Assembly (NCBI GenBank): GCA_902593475.1
Contig: CACJIM010000004.1
Location: forward strand, 340 to 64,339
DNA: 64,000 bases
Source of the DNA: an uncultured Candidatus Actinomarina sp.
Lineage (GTDB): Bacteria; Actinomycetota; Acidimicrobiia; Actinomarinales; Actinomarinaceae
Direction: 5' to 3'
The notes below the pieces were generated by a model. That model saw only the letters and a program-made list of their open reading frames with translations, was not told the origin of the DNA and searched no databases. The position numbers were made by a program, and so were the translations under genes. Shown in pieces: positions 28,604 to 38,310 of the stretch. Every line of letters begins with the position of its first letter. Position 1 is the stretch's first letter.

Positions 28604-29584
28604 TTATCCTTCTGGAGGAATGAAACCAAAGATACTATATAAATTGTCATTAAGGTCTTCCTCTTTTTCTACTTCTTCTAATTTAATAAACCATTCATGC
28701 AATACACCTGCTTCTATATTAATTGGGTCACTGTAAAATATTCTGCTTTCTTGTGGGCCTATAAAATCAATTTTAGATTGTTGTTCGTAAATAGTTTCTC
28801 CATATTCATCAGTTACTAAAAGTAAAATAACAACGTCGTAAGCATCGACGTTTCCTTCATTTGTAAGAACAATTTGAAGTTCTATTTTTTCATTAAGGAG
28901 AACTAAATAATCCTCCTCTGTTACCGCAATTGGATTTGGTTTAAACTCAGCACCTGAAATTGATAAATTTCTTCTTAAAAATAAACCTCCCGTGCTTGAT
29001 TTTGCTTTCTCAACAAGCAAATCTGCAAATCTAAATGAATTATCTTCAAGGCCAACATACTCTATTGGATAAAGTACTGGCAGAAATGTACCTTCTGTTG
29101 TTGAATTTTGCTTTAATAGAAATAAGAATTCGGAATAAGACCTGTCACCAATTGATAGATCAGATATGCTTTGAGCAATAGAATCTTGAATTTTTTCTGA
29201 ATTAGGATTATCAATCAGAGTAATTATAGAAACTTCAAACATCTCAAGGCCCTGAAGCCAATAAGATGTAGCTAAAGATAGAAGTTCTTTTTCTTTAAGA
29301 GTTAGCGATGTATCAGTGTTGTTCATTATTTCATATGCTTCTTTTGAGTTTGAAACTACTTTGCCAATCTTGTTTTCAAATTGCTCTCGACTAATTTCAG
29401 AAAAATCTAAAATATTTTTAAACTCTTCTGATGCTTCGAGGTGAAGCGAGGACACTAAAGCAGCGCTTTCTAAAAAATTATTAAATGATCTAGCCTCGTT
29501 ATAGTTTTGATAATATTGATATACCCCCAATGAAATGATTGAAGCTATAACTACTAACAAAATATTTTTTATACTATTTCTCAT
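28604..29584 (-). CDS. Membrane-anchored hypothetical protein
   Basis: 326 aa with a single N-terminal TM helix (ILLVVIASIISLGVY) and an extracytoplasmic domain. No family recognised. Confidence 0.55.
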   Translation of the reverse strand: MRNSIKNILLVVIASIISLGVYQYYQNYNEARSFNNFLESAALVSSLHLEASEEFKNILDFSEISREQFENKIGKVVSNSKEAYEIMNNTDTSLTLKEKELLSLATSYWLQGLEMFEVSIITLIDNPNSEKIQDSIAQSISDLSIGDRSYSEFLFLLKQNSTTEGTFLPVLYPIEYVGLEDNSFRFADLLVEKAKSSTGGLFLRRNLSISGAEFKPNPIAVTEEDYLVLLNEKIELQIVLTNEGNVDAYDVVILLLVTDEYGETIYEQQSKIDFIGPQESRIFYSDPINIEAGVLHEWFIKLEEVEKEEDLNDNLYSIFGFIPPEG

Positions 29585-29664
29585 TTAAAACTACTTTTTT
29601 GACATTCTACTTCTTTATTAAGTGTAAGAAAACAAATACATTACACAACTAAGATTGTTGATAA

Positions 29665-30318
29665 GTGGAAAAGATAAAAGTTGTTTGGTCTGTTAAAAGT
29701 GAATGTGGACCAGTGAGAAAAAAGAATGAAGATTCCGTGTTTCCAGATGCGTCTGGAAATGGTTTTGTGCCTTTCAAAGCAGGTGTGTTTGATGGTATGG
29801 GTGGTCATAAAAAAGGTGAGGTAGCTAGTGAGTTAGCTTCTTCAGTAATGAAAGAAAACTTGGAAGATCTTATTTCTTATGTAGAAAAAGCTAATAAAGC
29901 AATTTATAACTATCAGGAGACCAATAAAGACTCAGAGGGTATGGGAACAACAATGACAGCAATCGAGATTGATGAAAGTGGTGTTTTACATGTCGCGCAT
30001 GTAGGAGATTCTAGGTGCTATGTTCTCTCAAAAAGAAATTTAATTAAACTTACAGAGGATGAAAATGTTCCAGGTTTTCAAAACGTCTTACTCCAAGCCT
30101 TGGGTACGAAAAAGAAACTTTCTATCCAGACAAAAGATCTTAAGTTAGTTAGTGGGGATGTAGTTCTACTGTGTACAGACGGGCTTTACAATGAATTGGG
30201 TGAAGAATATCTTAAGAAAAAATTACAAGAAGGAATTAGTGCAGAAACACTAGTTAGCGAGGTTTTACTACAAGAACCTAAAGATAACATTACTGCCATA
30301 ATTATAAATATAATTTAA
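29665..30318 (+). CDS. pstP: PP2C-family Ser/Thr phosphatase
   Basis: 217 aa with FDGMGGH, VGDSR and CTDGL motifs. GTG start. It lacks the C-terminal TM segment seen in mycobacterial PstP. Confidence 0.85.
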   Translation: MEKIKVVWSVKSECGPVRKKNEDSVFPDASGNGFVPFKAGVFDGMGGHKKGEVASELASSVMKENLEDLISYVEKANKAIYNYQETNKDSEGMGTTMTAIEIDESGVLHVAHVGDSRCYVLSKRNLIKLTEDENVPGFQNVLLQALGTKKKLSIQTKDLKLVSGDVVLLCTDGLYNELGEEYLKKKLQEGISAETLVSEVLLQEPKDNITAIIINII

Positions 30319-30320
30319 TT

Positions 30321-32090
30321 ATGAAAATTGGACAGATAGTAAAAGAAAGGTACGAAATCCTCGAAATTTTAGGAGAGGGTGGAATGGCATTTGTTTATAA
30401 AGCTCGTGATATGCAGCTTGAGAGATTTGTTGCAATCAAAACATTAAAACCAAATTATGTAAATCAAGAAACTTTTGTAGATCGTTTTAAAAGAGAAGCG
30501 AAAACAGCAGCTAACTTAAATCATCCAAATATTGTACAAATTTTTGATTGGGGAATTGAAGGTGAACCATACTTTGTAATGGAATACATAGAGGGAAAGA
30601 CATTAACCTCAATTATTGCTAAAAATAGAACTATTAGCTTAAGTGATGTTTTATTTATTGGTGCTCAGGTTTCTAGTGGTTTGCATGCTGCTCATCAAAA
30701 AGGTCTTGTTCACAGAGATATCAAGCCAGGAAATATAATGATTACTCCAAATGGAAAAGTTAAAGTTACAGATTTTGGTATTGTTTCACTTCAAAATGAA
30801 GAAAGTGATATTACAAAAACTGGCTCTATCCTCGGTACTGCAAGTTATATTTCACCAGAACAAGCACAAGGAAAACCAGTTTCCATTGAGTCAGATCTTT
30901 ACTCTTTAGGTACAGTTCTTTACGAACTAATTACTGGAAAAGCTCCTTTTAGTGGTGATTCTCCAATTTCAACAGCAACAAAGCACCTAACAGAAAAACC
31001 AGAAAAGCCATCATTGTATAGGCGAGATCTACCAAAGGGTATTGAAAATGCAATTTTAAAGCTTCTTGAAAAAGCTACCTATGATAGGTTTAAATCTGCT
31101 GAAGACCTAAGAGCAATGCTTCTTCAGCAAAGAAAATTGCTTCAGTCTGAACAAACAAGGGAAAATTTAGTTGACCTTACTAATCCAAAGGTCAAACTAA
31201 GATTTACGTTACCAGCTCTAATTATGTCTATTGGAGTTGTCTTAGGAACAATTTGGACTTTAACACAAGTTTTTGACGGACTTCCAGTTGATGGAGGCTC
31301 TACGACTCTTATTGAAATACCTGACTTAACTGGTAGTGACCAGGCGCAAGCATTAGAAGACCTGCAAAATCTTGGATTTAAGGTAGGAATTGAAAATTCT
31401 GCTGATGCTTCTGTGCCGGCTGGTTCTGTAATTCGAACCCAGCCTCCATCAAATACAATTATTAATCCTGATTCTCTAGTTACGATTATTGTGTCTGTTG
31501 GTCCTGAAGCATTTCCAATTCCATATGTGTTAGATATTGAAACTGAAAGAGCAATTTATGTTATTGAAGAAAGTGGTTTCACATTAGGTCAGCTTCTTGA
31601 AGTAAATGACGAAAACGTACCAAGAGGGTTTGTTATATCTCAAAATCCTGTAGCTGGAACAAAAATGAGTCCTGGTATTACTGTTGATCTAGTTGTCTCT
31701 AAAGGTCCTAGTCTTATAGAAATAAGCGACCTTTCAAGAAAATCACCCGAGGATGCAATTCAAATTTTAGAGACTTTAGGGTTTGAATATGAGTTAATTG
31801 AAGAATATTCAGAGGATATAGAAATTGGATTAGTTTCAGGTACATTGCCTGAAGCTGGAGAAATCGTAACTCCAGATCAGTTAATTCAAGTAATTGTATC
31901 CCTTGGAATAAGAATTGAAGTTCCTGAAGTCGAGGGGTTGAACTACGAAGATGCAATAATTATTCTCGAAGAACTTGGCCTAGTAGTAACGGTGAGCGGT
32001 GATACTAACGGTTTAGTTAGAAAGCAAATACCTAGAAAAGGTGAATTCTTAGAACCAGAAGGTATTGTAGAGTTGACTTTTGGAAGCTAA
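30321..32090 (+). CDS. pknB: Ser/Thr protein kinase with four PASTA domains
   Basis: 589 aa. The kinase domain has GEGGMAFVYKA, HRDIKPGN, DFG and SPEQ. A TM helix and four PASTA-like repeats follow. Confidence 0.93.
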   Translation: MKIGQIVKERYEILEILGEGGMAFVYKARDMQLERFVAIKTLKPNYVNQETFVDRFKREAKTAANLNHPNIVQIFDWGIEGEPYFVMEYIEGKTLTSIIAKNRTISLSDVLFIGAQVSSGLHAAHQKGLVHRDIKPGNIMITPNGKVKVTDFGIVSLQNEESDITKTGSILGTASYISPEQAQGKPVSIESDLYSLGTVLYELITGKAPFSGDSPISTATKHLTEKPEKPSLYRRDLPKGIENAILKLLEKATYDRFKSAEDLRAMLLQQRKLLQSEQTRENLVDLTNPKVKLRFTLPALIMSIGVVLGTIWTLTQVFDGLPVDGGSTTLIEIPDLTGSDQAQALEDLQNLGFKVGIENSADASVPAGSVIRTQPPSNTIINPDSLVTIIVSVGPEAFPIPYVLDIETERAIYVIEESGFTLGQLLEVNDENVPRGFVISQNPVAGTKMSPGITVDLVVSKGPSLIEISDLSRKSPEDAIQILETLGFEYELIEEYSEDIEIGLVSGTLPEAGEIVTPDQLIQVIVSLGIRIEVPEVEGLNYEDAIIILEELGLVVTVSGDTNGLVRKQIPRKGEFLEPEGIVELTFGS

Positions 32091-32913
32091 GGCTGAAAAA
32101 TTAAAAATTGATTTAATTAATTGGTATCAAAAAAATAAACGAGATTTTCCATGGAGAAATACTTCTAACCCTTGGAAAATATTATTAATCGAAATATTGT
32201 CTCAGCAAACACAGTTAGAAAGAGCTAATAAGTATTATAAAAATTTTATAAAAGAATTTCCATCACCGAAAGCTATGTCTAATTCTTCATTTGAGAAAAT
32301 TTTAAAGATGTGGACCGGGTTAGGCTACAATAATCGAGCTAAAAGACTTCATCAAGCCTCTAAAATAATTGAAAAAAATGGATTTAAAAAAATCTACCCA
32401 AATTTTGAAGTTTTACCTGGAGTTGGTCCTTATACAAAAAATGCGCTTCTTTCATTTGCTTATGGGGAAAAAGTTCTTGCAGTGGATACAAACCTGGAAA
32501 GAATAATTAAGAGATATTTTGGTATAGATAGTACAACCGATTTTTTAAAAGTAAATTCTAAATATTTACTAAAGCAAGTAGATTCGAGAGATGTTAATCA
32601 AGCATTTATGGACTTTGGTAGCTCTATCTGTAGAAATTCAAACCCAAAATGTAGTATTTGCCCAATAGAAAAAAACTGTCAAAAATATTTTTCTAAACTA
32701 AAAAATCATAATGAAAAATTTAAAGGTTCAAATAGAGAGGTTAGAGGAAAAATAATAAAGGCACTTGTAAAAAATAATCATATTAAATATCAGAAGTTGC
32801 TTGAAGAAATTGAATATGACAAAACCAAGGTCAAAAAAGCATTAATTGGCTTAGAAAAAGATAAATTAATAAATATTAAGAAAAAGAATATTATTGAAAT
32901 AAATTCGAATTAA
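32080..32913 (+). CDS. mutY: Adenine DNA glycosylase (MutY-like HhH-GPD enzyme with a 4Fe-4S cluster)
   Basis: 277 aa with FPWR, EILSQQTQ, GLGYNNRAKRL, VDTN and the cluster loop C-x6-C-x2-C-x5-C. It is short, so the C-terminal NUDIX-like domain is reduced or absent. Confidence 0.75.
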   Translation: MEAKAEKLKIDLINWYQKNKRDFPWRNTSNPWKILLIEILSQQTQLERANKYYKNFIKEFPSPKAMSNSSFEKILKMWTGLGYNNRAKRLHQASKIIEKNGFKKIYPNFEVLPGVGPYTKNALLSFAYGEKVLAVDTNLERIIKRYFGIDSTTDFLKVNSKYLLKQVDSRDVNQAFMDFGSSICRNSNPKCSICPIEKNCQKYFSKLKNHNEKFKGSNREVRGKIIKALVKNNHIKYQKLLEEIEYDKTKVKKALIGLEKDKLINIKKKNIIEINSN

Positions 32914-32929
32914 TACTATTTTGTAAACT

Positions 32930-33184
32930 ATGCCAGTTTCAAAAAAGAGAAAGCAAAATAATAGGCCTACTAAATCTAAAAATATATCAAGCCAAATGTC
33001 ATCAAACAATGCTCCTTCTCCTAGATGGTATATTGTTTTAATGTCATCTTTAATGATTGTTGGTGTCTTACTAATTGTTTTAAATTATTTAACTTTATTA
33101 CCAGGTTCTGTTTCAAGATGGTACCTCTGGAGTGGCCTAGGGTTAATTGGTGTGGGTTTCTTGATGACCACAAATTATAACTAA
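32930..33184 (+). CDS. crgA: Cell division protein CrgA
   Basis: 84 aa with a basic N-terminus, SPRWY and two TM helices. This is the characteristic actinobacterial CrgA layout. Confidence 0.85.
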   Translation: MPVSKKRKQNNRPTKSKNISSQMSSNNAPSPRWYIVLMSSLMIVGVLLIVLNYLTLLPGSVSRWYLWSGLGLIGVGFLMTTNYN

Positions 33185-33198
33185 TTTTAGAGTAGTAG

Positions 33199-34221
33199 AT
33201 GCAAGACTGGATAAAAACGATACCAAAAGCAGTTCTTCACGATCATTTAGACGGTGGATTAAGAATTGAGACTTTGATTGAACTTGCAAATGACCAGGGA
33301 TATCAAAACCTACCTTCAAACAATCACAATGAATTAAAAAAATGGATTCAACCAAAACCTGACAAATCTCTAGCAATAAATTTAGAAGCGTGGGATCACA
33401 CTATTGGTGTCATGCAAGATCAAGATTCAATTTATAGAGTCACTATGGAAGCCCTAGAGGATTTATCTAATGATGGAGTAGTTTATGCAGAACTTAGGTT
33501 TGCACCTTTGGTACACACTTTTAAAGGTTTAAGTACTGCAGAGATAATTAATTCGGTAGTAAACGGAATAAAAGATGGCATGGAAAAGTTTGATATTGTT
33601 GCTGGAGTTATTTTATGCGCAATGAGGCAAGAACAAAATTCTTTAGAGGTAGTTAATTTATGTATTGAGCATAAAGATGTTGTTGGTTTTGATCTTGCTG
33701 GCCCTGAGGTAGGATTTTCGGTACTCAACCATAAAGAAGCATGTGCTTTAGCAGTTGAAAACAATATTAATGTAACTCTCCATGCTGACTGGGAAGTACC
33801 TGAGGGGATTAAGGAAGTAGTTTTGGACTCAAAAGCAAAAAGAGTTGGGCATGGTTCTCAAATTATTAATGATATATCTTTTGATAACGGAGCTATTACT
33901 TTCAATACTGATGCTGCAAAATATGTTTTTGATAACAGAATTGCTCTTGAGATTTGTCCAACTTCGAACGTACAGTGTGGTGCATATTCTAGTGTTTCAG
34001 AACACTCTTTTGGTGAGCTATACAATATAGGCTTTAATGTAACAATCAATACAGATAATCGACTCATGAGTGATATAACTATGTCAGAAGAAGTAAGTAA
34101 TGTAGTTGAATCATTTGGTTTGGGTGAAAAAGATATTCTCAGTATCACTAAAAATACTATTGAAGCTGGTTTTGTAGAGCCAAAGTTAAGATCAGGATTG
34201 TTAGAAAAATTAGATAATTAA
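33199..34221 (+). CDS. add: Adenosine deaminase
   Basis: 340 aa with the N-terminal LHDHLDGG metal motif, VYAELRFAP and a C-terminal TINTDN motif. Confidence 0.92.
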   Translation: MQDWIKTIPKAVLHDHLDGGLRIETLIELANDQGYQNLPSNNHNELKKWIQPKPDKSLAINLEAWDHTIGVMQDQDSIYRVTMEALEDLSNDGVVYAELRFAPLVHTFKGLSTAEIINSVVNGIKDGMEKFDIVAGVILCAMRQEQNSLEVVNLCIEHKDVVGFDLAGPEVGFSVLNHKEACALAVENNINVTLHADWEVPEGIKEVVLDSKAKRVGHGSQIINDISFDNGAITFNTDAAKYVFDNRIALEICPTSNVQCGAYSSVSEHSFGELYNIGFNVTINTDNRLMSDITMSEEVSNVVESFGLGEKDILSITKNTIEAGFVEPKLRSGLLEKLDN

Positions 34222-34316
34222 TTCTTTTTAAGTAATTGCCAAATAATAATAGGAATGATAATGAGCAAGATCTCCCATGTATCCCAGTACTTTTCTAACG
34301 TTTCTATCACATTCAT
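34218..34316 (-). CDS. Tiny hydrophobic ORF (32 aa)
   Basis: MNVIETLEKYWDTWEILLIIIPIIIWQLLKKN. Its ATG overlaps the stop of the preceding small ORF (ATGA). Below the track length cutoff. Confidence 0.25.
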   Translation of the reverse strand: MNVIETLEKYWDTWEILLIIIPIIIWQLLKKN

Positions 34317-34486
34317 TTTTTTCTATTAAGAATTCTCTTTCCAAACAATATCCAAATAAAGAAGATAATCCAAAACACTAAAAATAAATAAGATTCGGTG
34401 ATGTTTAGGTAATCTAAAACCTGCTCTAACAGAAGTACTCCTAGAACTAGTGCCCCGATACCAAGTAAATATTGCTTATTCTTCAT
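34313..34486 (-). CDS. Small two-TM membrane ORF (57 aa)
   Basis: MKNKQYLLGIGALVLGVLLLEQVLDYLNITESYLFLVFWIIFFIWILFGKRILNRKK. ATGA overlaps occur at both ends. Below the track length cutoff. Confidence 0.35.
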   Translation of the reverse strand: MKNKQYLLGIGALVLGVLLLEQVLDYLNITESYLFLVFWIIFFIWILFGKRILNRKK

Positions 34487-34668
34487 TTCTTAAGTAGTGA
34501 GATAAACCCAAGTACAGATGAGGAAACAAAAACAATTAAAAAGAGATAGTTTATAAATAAATTTGAATTTTCAAATATGTACATGAGAGGGTAAGAAACA
34601 TAAGCAGAGAAAAAATATATAAAAGTTTTGTTTTTTAACCGATACATGTCAAGCAATGGACCATCCAC
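34483..34668 (-). CDS. Small membrane ORF (61 aa)
   Basis: Two hydrophobic segments. Its stop overlaps the next ATG. Confidence 0.3.
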   Translation of the reverse strand: MDGPLLDMYRLKNKTFIYFFSAYVSYPLMYIFENSNLFINYLFLIVFVSSSVLGFISLLKK

Positions 34669-34859
34669 TTTTCATTTATATCATTTTCTATATTCAAAAG
34701 AGCGATAAAGCCAAGAATGGCTGTTATCAATAAAAAAGAAATGTTTTTAATGGACATATTGAATAATAAACATATTCGACTTGTTTTTGTTCTCGAATAT
34801 GCATAGATTGTAAATAGAGCAATTATGTTAAGCGAAAAAGCTGAAAAAACTAAAAACAT
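34635..34859 (-). CDS. Small membrane ORF (74 aa)
   Basis: Two hydrophobic segments. It overlaps the next small ORF by 34 nt and the annotated start of the divergent esterase. Confidence 0.25.
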   Translation of the reverse strand: MFLVFSAFSLNIIALFTIYAYSRTKTSRICLLFNMSIKNISFLLITAILGFIALLNIENDINEKWMVHCLTCIG

Positions 34860-35790
34860 CTACAAAAGAATGAGCTTTTTGCTGTCTTTGGGTGTTGCTG
34901 AACCAGGTAATGTTTCAAAGTTCATGGCTGGTTTTGTTAGATATAACTTCAACAATATAGCAAAATTTTTTAGTCTTGCAAAAGGTGCAAAATACGAAGA
35001 GCTTGTTTTAGGTGGAGTACCAACATGGAAAGTAACAACACCAAACTCTGATCCAAAAAAAATCTTACTTTTCTTTCATGGTGGAGCGTATATGGTGGGA
35101 TCTCCAAAAGCGTACTATCCAATGATGTCTTATATGGCAGATATAACAGGGTTCACTATTTTTGTTCCAGATTACAGGCTTGCTCCAGAGAACCTATTTC
35201 CATCACAGTTGGAAGATGGTGTTGCCACTTATAAAGCATTAATTAATGACCATGGTTACTCAAGTGATGAAATCGCAATAGGTGGTGACTCTGCAGGTGG
35301 TAATCTATCTTTAGTTACTTTCTTAAAATTGAGAGAGCTTAATGAAGCCCTTCCTGCTGCGATAATTTGTATTTCCCCATGGGCAGATCCAGGCGCAACT
35401 GGAGAATCCTACAATGAGGAAATGGCTGATAAAGACCCCTTGATAGGACCTCTATTCAAAAAAATTTGGAACAAATTTAATATGAAAAGCGCAATTGGAT
35501 ACTATGTCAAAAAAGAAGATGTTGATCAATCCAACCCACTTATCTGTCCAATAAACGGTGATTTTTCTGGGTGTCCTCCTGTAATGATTCAGGTAGGTGC
35601 TGATGAACTTTTGCTCTCAGATTCTCGTTCAATGATCAAAGTATTCGAGAGAGATGGAGTTGTTCATGAATACAAAGAATGGGAGAATCTTTGGCATGTG
35701 TTCCAGCTTGATGGTGAAATGGAAGAATCTACAAAATCTTTTGAAATGTTTAGAGATTTCCTAAATTCGTATATTGGAACTAAAGTTTAA
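34825..35790 (+). CDS. Alpha/beta hydrolase, hormone-sensitive-lipase-type esterase
   Basis: Contains the HGGAY oxyanion motif and the nucleophile elbow GDSAGG. An alternative start at ATG 34870 would remove the overlap with the divergent small ORF. Confidence 0.85.
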   Translation: MLSEKAEKTKNIYKRMSFLLSLGVAEPGNVSKFMAGFVRYNFNNIAKFFSLAKGAKYEELVLGGVPTWKVTTPNSDPKKILLFFHGGAYMVGSPKAYYPMMSYMADITGFTIFVPDYRLAPENLFPSQLEDGVATYKALINDHGYSSDEIAIGGDSAGGNLSLVTFLKLRELNEALPAAIICISPWADPGATGESYNEEMADKDPLIGPLFKKIWNKFNMKSAIGYYVKKEDVDQSNPLICPINGDFSGCPPVMIQVGADELLLSDSRSMIKVFERDGVVHEYKEWENLWHVFQLDGEMEESTKSFEMFRDFLNSYIGTKV

Positions 35791-35796
35791 AACTAA

Positions 35797-36786
35797 ATGA
35801 GCCTCGCACTAATTACAGGTAGCTCAGGTCATGTTGGCTCAAATCTAATTAGAGAACTTACAAAACAAAATTACAAAATTAGATGTATCGATTTTGATGG
35901 AGACCACAGAGCATACGAGGGTTTTGATGTCGAGGTAATTAAAGGAGATATCACTGAAAAAGATTCTTTGGTGCCAATTTTTAAAGATGTCGAGATTGTA
36001 TTTCATACAGCAGCATTAATAAACCTGGACAGGCGATACAGAGACCAAATACGTCTTGTAAATGTTTCGGGTACAGAAAATGTATGTCAAGCATCCTTAA
36101 ATGCTGGAGTAAAAAAACTAATTCACTTTTCGTCTGTTGATGCTTTTTATAGATTCCCAATAGAGGAGCCTCTGCTTGAAGATCGTAAGCTGATCGATGA
36201 CCCAAATGCAGTTCCTTATGATTTGTCTAAAGCAGACGGACAAAAAATTGTTTTAGATTATTGTAAGCAAGGTTTAGATGTAAGCATTATTCATCCGACT
36301 TCAATAGTTGGACCAAATGACTTTAAGCCTGGACTTCCAATGCAAGAAATGGTCAACCTTGCAAATGGTAAGAGAAAAGTCCTTCCAAATTGGGGGTACA
36401 ACTTTGTAGATGTGAGAGATTTATGCATAACAGCTATATCTGCTGTAAGTAAAGGAAATACGGGGCAAAACTATATCGTTGGTGGTGAGTATCATATGTA
36501 TTCTTATATTGCCGAATTAATGGAAGAACAACTTGGAAGAACCGTTCTACTTGGAACTATTCCAAATTTTGTTTCTTACCTTGGGCTGCCTTACGAATAT
36601 ATAAAATCTCTTATTACTAAGAAACCACGGGTACTAACAGTAGACACTCTTCATACTGGTAAAACTGGAAATAAAGTCGTTCCAAGTACCCTTGCACGTT
36701 CAGAACTTGGTCACAACCCAAGGCCTCTAGAAGAAACTATTCATGACATGGTTTCTTTTTTTCAAAAAAGAGGTCTTATTAAGTAA
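35797..36786 (+). CDS. NAD(P)-dependent epimerase/dehydratase (extended SDR)
   Basis: 329 aa with GSSGHVGSNL (GxxGxxG) and YDLSK (YxxxK). Confidence 0.85.
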   Translation: MSLALITGSSGHVGSNLIRELTKQNYKIRCIDFDGDHRAYEGFDVEVIKGDITEKDSLVPIFKDVEIVFHTAALINLDRRYRDQIRLVNVSGTENVCQASLNAGVKKLIHFSSVDAFYRFPIEEPLLEDRKLIDDPNAVPYDLSKADGQKIVLDYCKQGLDVSIIHPTSIVGPNDFKPGLPMQEMVNLANGKRKVLPNWGYNFVDVRDLCITAISAVSKGNTGQNYIVGGEYHMYSYIAELMEEQLGRTVLLGTIPNFVSYLGLPYEYIKSLITKKPRVLTVDTLHTGKTGNKVVPSTLARSELGHNPRPLEETIHDMVSFFQKRGLIK

Positions 36787-36803
36787 GGTTTAAGATATAC
36801 AAT

Positions 36804-37640
36804 ATGGCTGTGAATAAAAACTCAGTAGTAAACATTGCTGGCTATAAGTTTGAGCCTTTGGTTGATCCGATTGACCTAGTATCTGTTTATCAACGAAAGT
36901 GTGATGAACTTGAGTTAAAAGGAACAATGCTAATTAGTAAAAACGGTATTAACTTTTCTCTTGCTGGTACTCAGCAAGCTACAGACACCATTGTTGCTTT
37001 TCTTGAAGAAGACAATAGATTTTTAAATATTCCACTTAAAGTTACTTATAGTGAGACCCAGCCATTTAGAAGAATGAAAGTTCGACTAAAAAAAGAGATT
37101 ATCTCACTCGGTCGTAAAGACATTAATCCAAGAGAGCTTACTGGTGAGAGAATATCACCACAAGACTTGAAAAATCTTTTAGACAACAAAGAAGATGTGC
37201 TTGTGCTCGATACTAGAAATGAGTACGAAACTAGAGTAGGTAAGTTTGAAAATGCTATTGATCTTAATCTTGATACTTTTAGAGATTTCCCTAAAGCAAT
37301 TGAGTCACTTCCTGAAGAGTACAAAGATAAACAAATCGTCATGTACTGTACAGGTGGAATTCGCTGTGAAAAAGCCTCTGCTGTAATGTTGAAAGCAGGG
37401 TTTGCAGATATAAAACAACTAGAGGGTGGTGTCCTAGATTATTTTAAAGAGACTGGTGGTGCATACTGGGAGGGTGATTGTTTTGTTTTTGATGAACGAG
37501 TTGCTCTAGACACAGAATTAAACGAGACAGATTACATTTATTGTTACATATGTAGAGAGCCGCTATCAGCTGAGGAAAAGGCTTCTCCAGATTTTAAAAT
37601 TAACGAGTACTGTCCGTACTGCGTAAAAAAGACGGTTTAG
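36804..37640 (+). CDS. trhO: Rhodanese-domain tRNA uridine(34) hydroxylase (UPF0176/YceA family)
   Basis: 278 aa with an N-terminal UPF0176 domain, a rhodanese active-site loop CTGGIRCEKAS and a C-terminal Cys cluster. Confidence 0.8.
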   Translation: MAVNKNSVVNIAGYKFEPLVDPIDLVSVYQRKCDELELKGTMLISKNGINFSLAGTQQATDTIVAFLEEDNRFLNIPLKVTYSETQPFRRMKVRLKKEIISLGRKDINPRELTGERISPQDLKNLLDNKEDVLVLDTRNEYETRVGKFENAIDLNLDTFRDFPKAIESLPEEYKDKQIVMYCTGGIRCEKASAVMLKAGFADIKQLEGGVLDYFKETGGAYWEGDCFVFDERVALDTELNETDYIYCYICREPLSAEEKASPDFKINEYCPYCVKKTV

Positions 37641-37822
37641 TCGTCACCGAAGAACATTTGATTTCCACCATATGGAATATGTTCATCTTTTTCATAAATT
37701 TCAACAAATCTAGCTTTTAACTCGATTACTTTATCGATTATGCCTTTTTCTTTTAAATAGTTATACGGAGCTCTAAAAACTCTGTCTTCTATCTCTAGAA
37801 ATTTATTTACTTTATCTTTCAT
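37637..37822 (-). CDS. Hypothetical protein
   Basis: 61 aa, charged, no family recognised. Convergent 4-nt overlap with trhO. Confidence 0.4.
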   Translation of the reverse strand: MKDKVNKFLEIEDRVFRAPYNYLKEKGIIDKVIELKARFVEIYEKDEHIPYGGNQMFFGDD

Positions 37823-37953
37823 AGTGTTATAAAAATACAGTGTTTAGAGATTTATCAGTAATTTTTAGTGTTAAATTTTCGTTAACAAAGGTTTAACAAC
37901 TAAATATGCAAGGTTTTTGGGGTTTTGATATCCTAAAAAAAAGGAGGTAAATA

Positions 37954-38307
37954 ATGGAAGCAATGACAGTATCAGTTAGCAAATTTAAGGAACATAGTGC
38001 TGAAAATTATGAAGCATGGAAAGAAATCTGGAGTGAATACTCCAAAGAGTTTGTTGAAGCAACAGATGTTAAATATTACTGGGGCTATCAAGAGCAAGAA
38101 GACGGTGTGTATTATTTCTCAATAAATATGTTCCCCTCAGTTGAAAAACGAGAGGCCTGGGGAGCTACATATGACTTAGAAGAAGGTCAAAAAGAGTTCA
38201 ACAGACTGTTTGAAGAAAAAACCGGTATTAGTGCTGAGGAAGCAGAAGAAGGTAAAGAAATGGAAATTAATCTTTATGGAATGGCTGTTTCTTTAACTAA
38301 TGAATAA
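37954..38307 (+). CDS. Hypothetical protein
   Basis: 117 aa, acidic. A strong AGGAGG SD lies 6 nt upstream. No family recognised. Confidence 0.6.
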   Translation: MEAMTVSVSKFKEHSAENYEAWKEIWSEYSKEFVEATDVKYYWGYQEQEDGVYYFSINMFPSVEKREAWGATYDLEEGQKEFNRLFEEKTGISAEEAEEGKEMEINLYGMAVSLTNE

Positions 38308-38310
38308 CTT

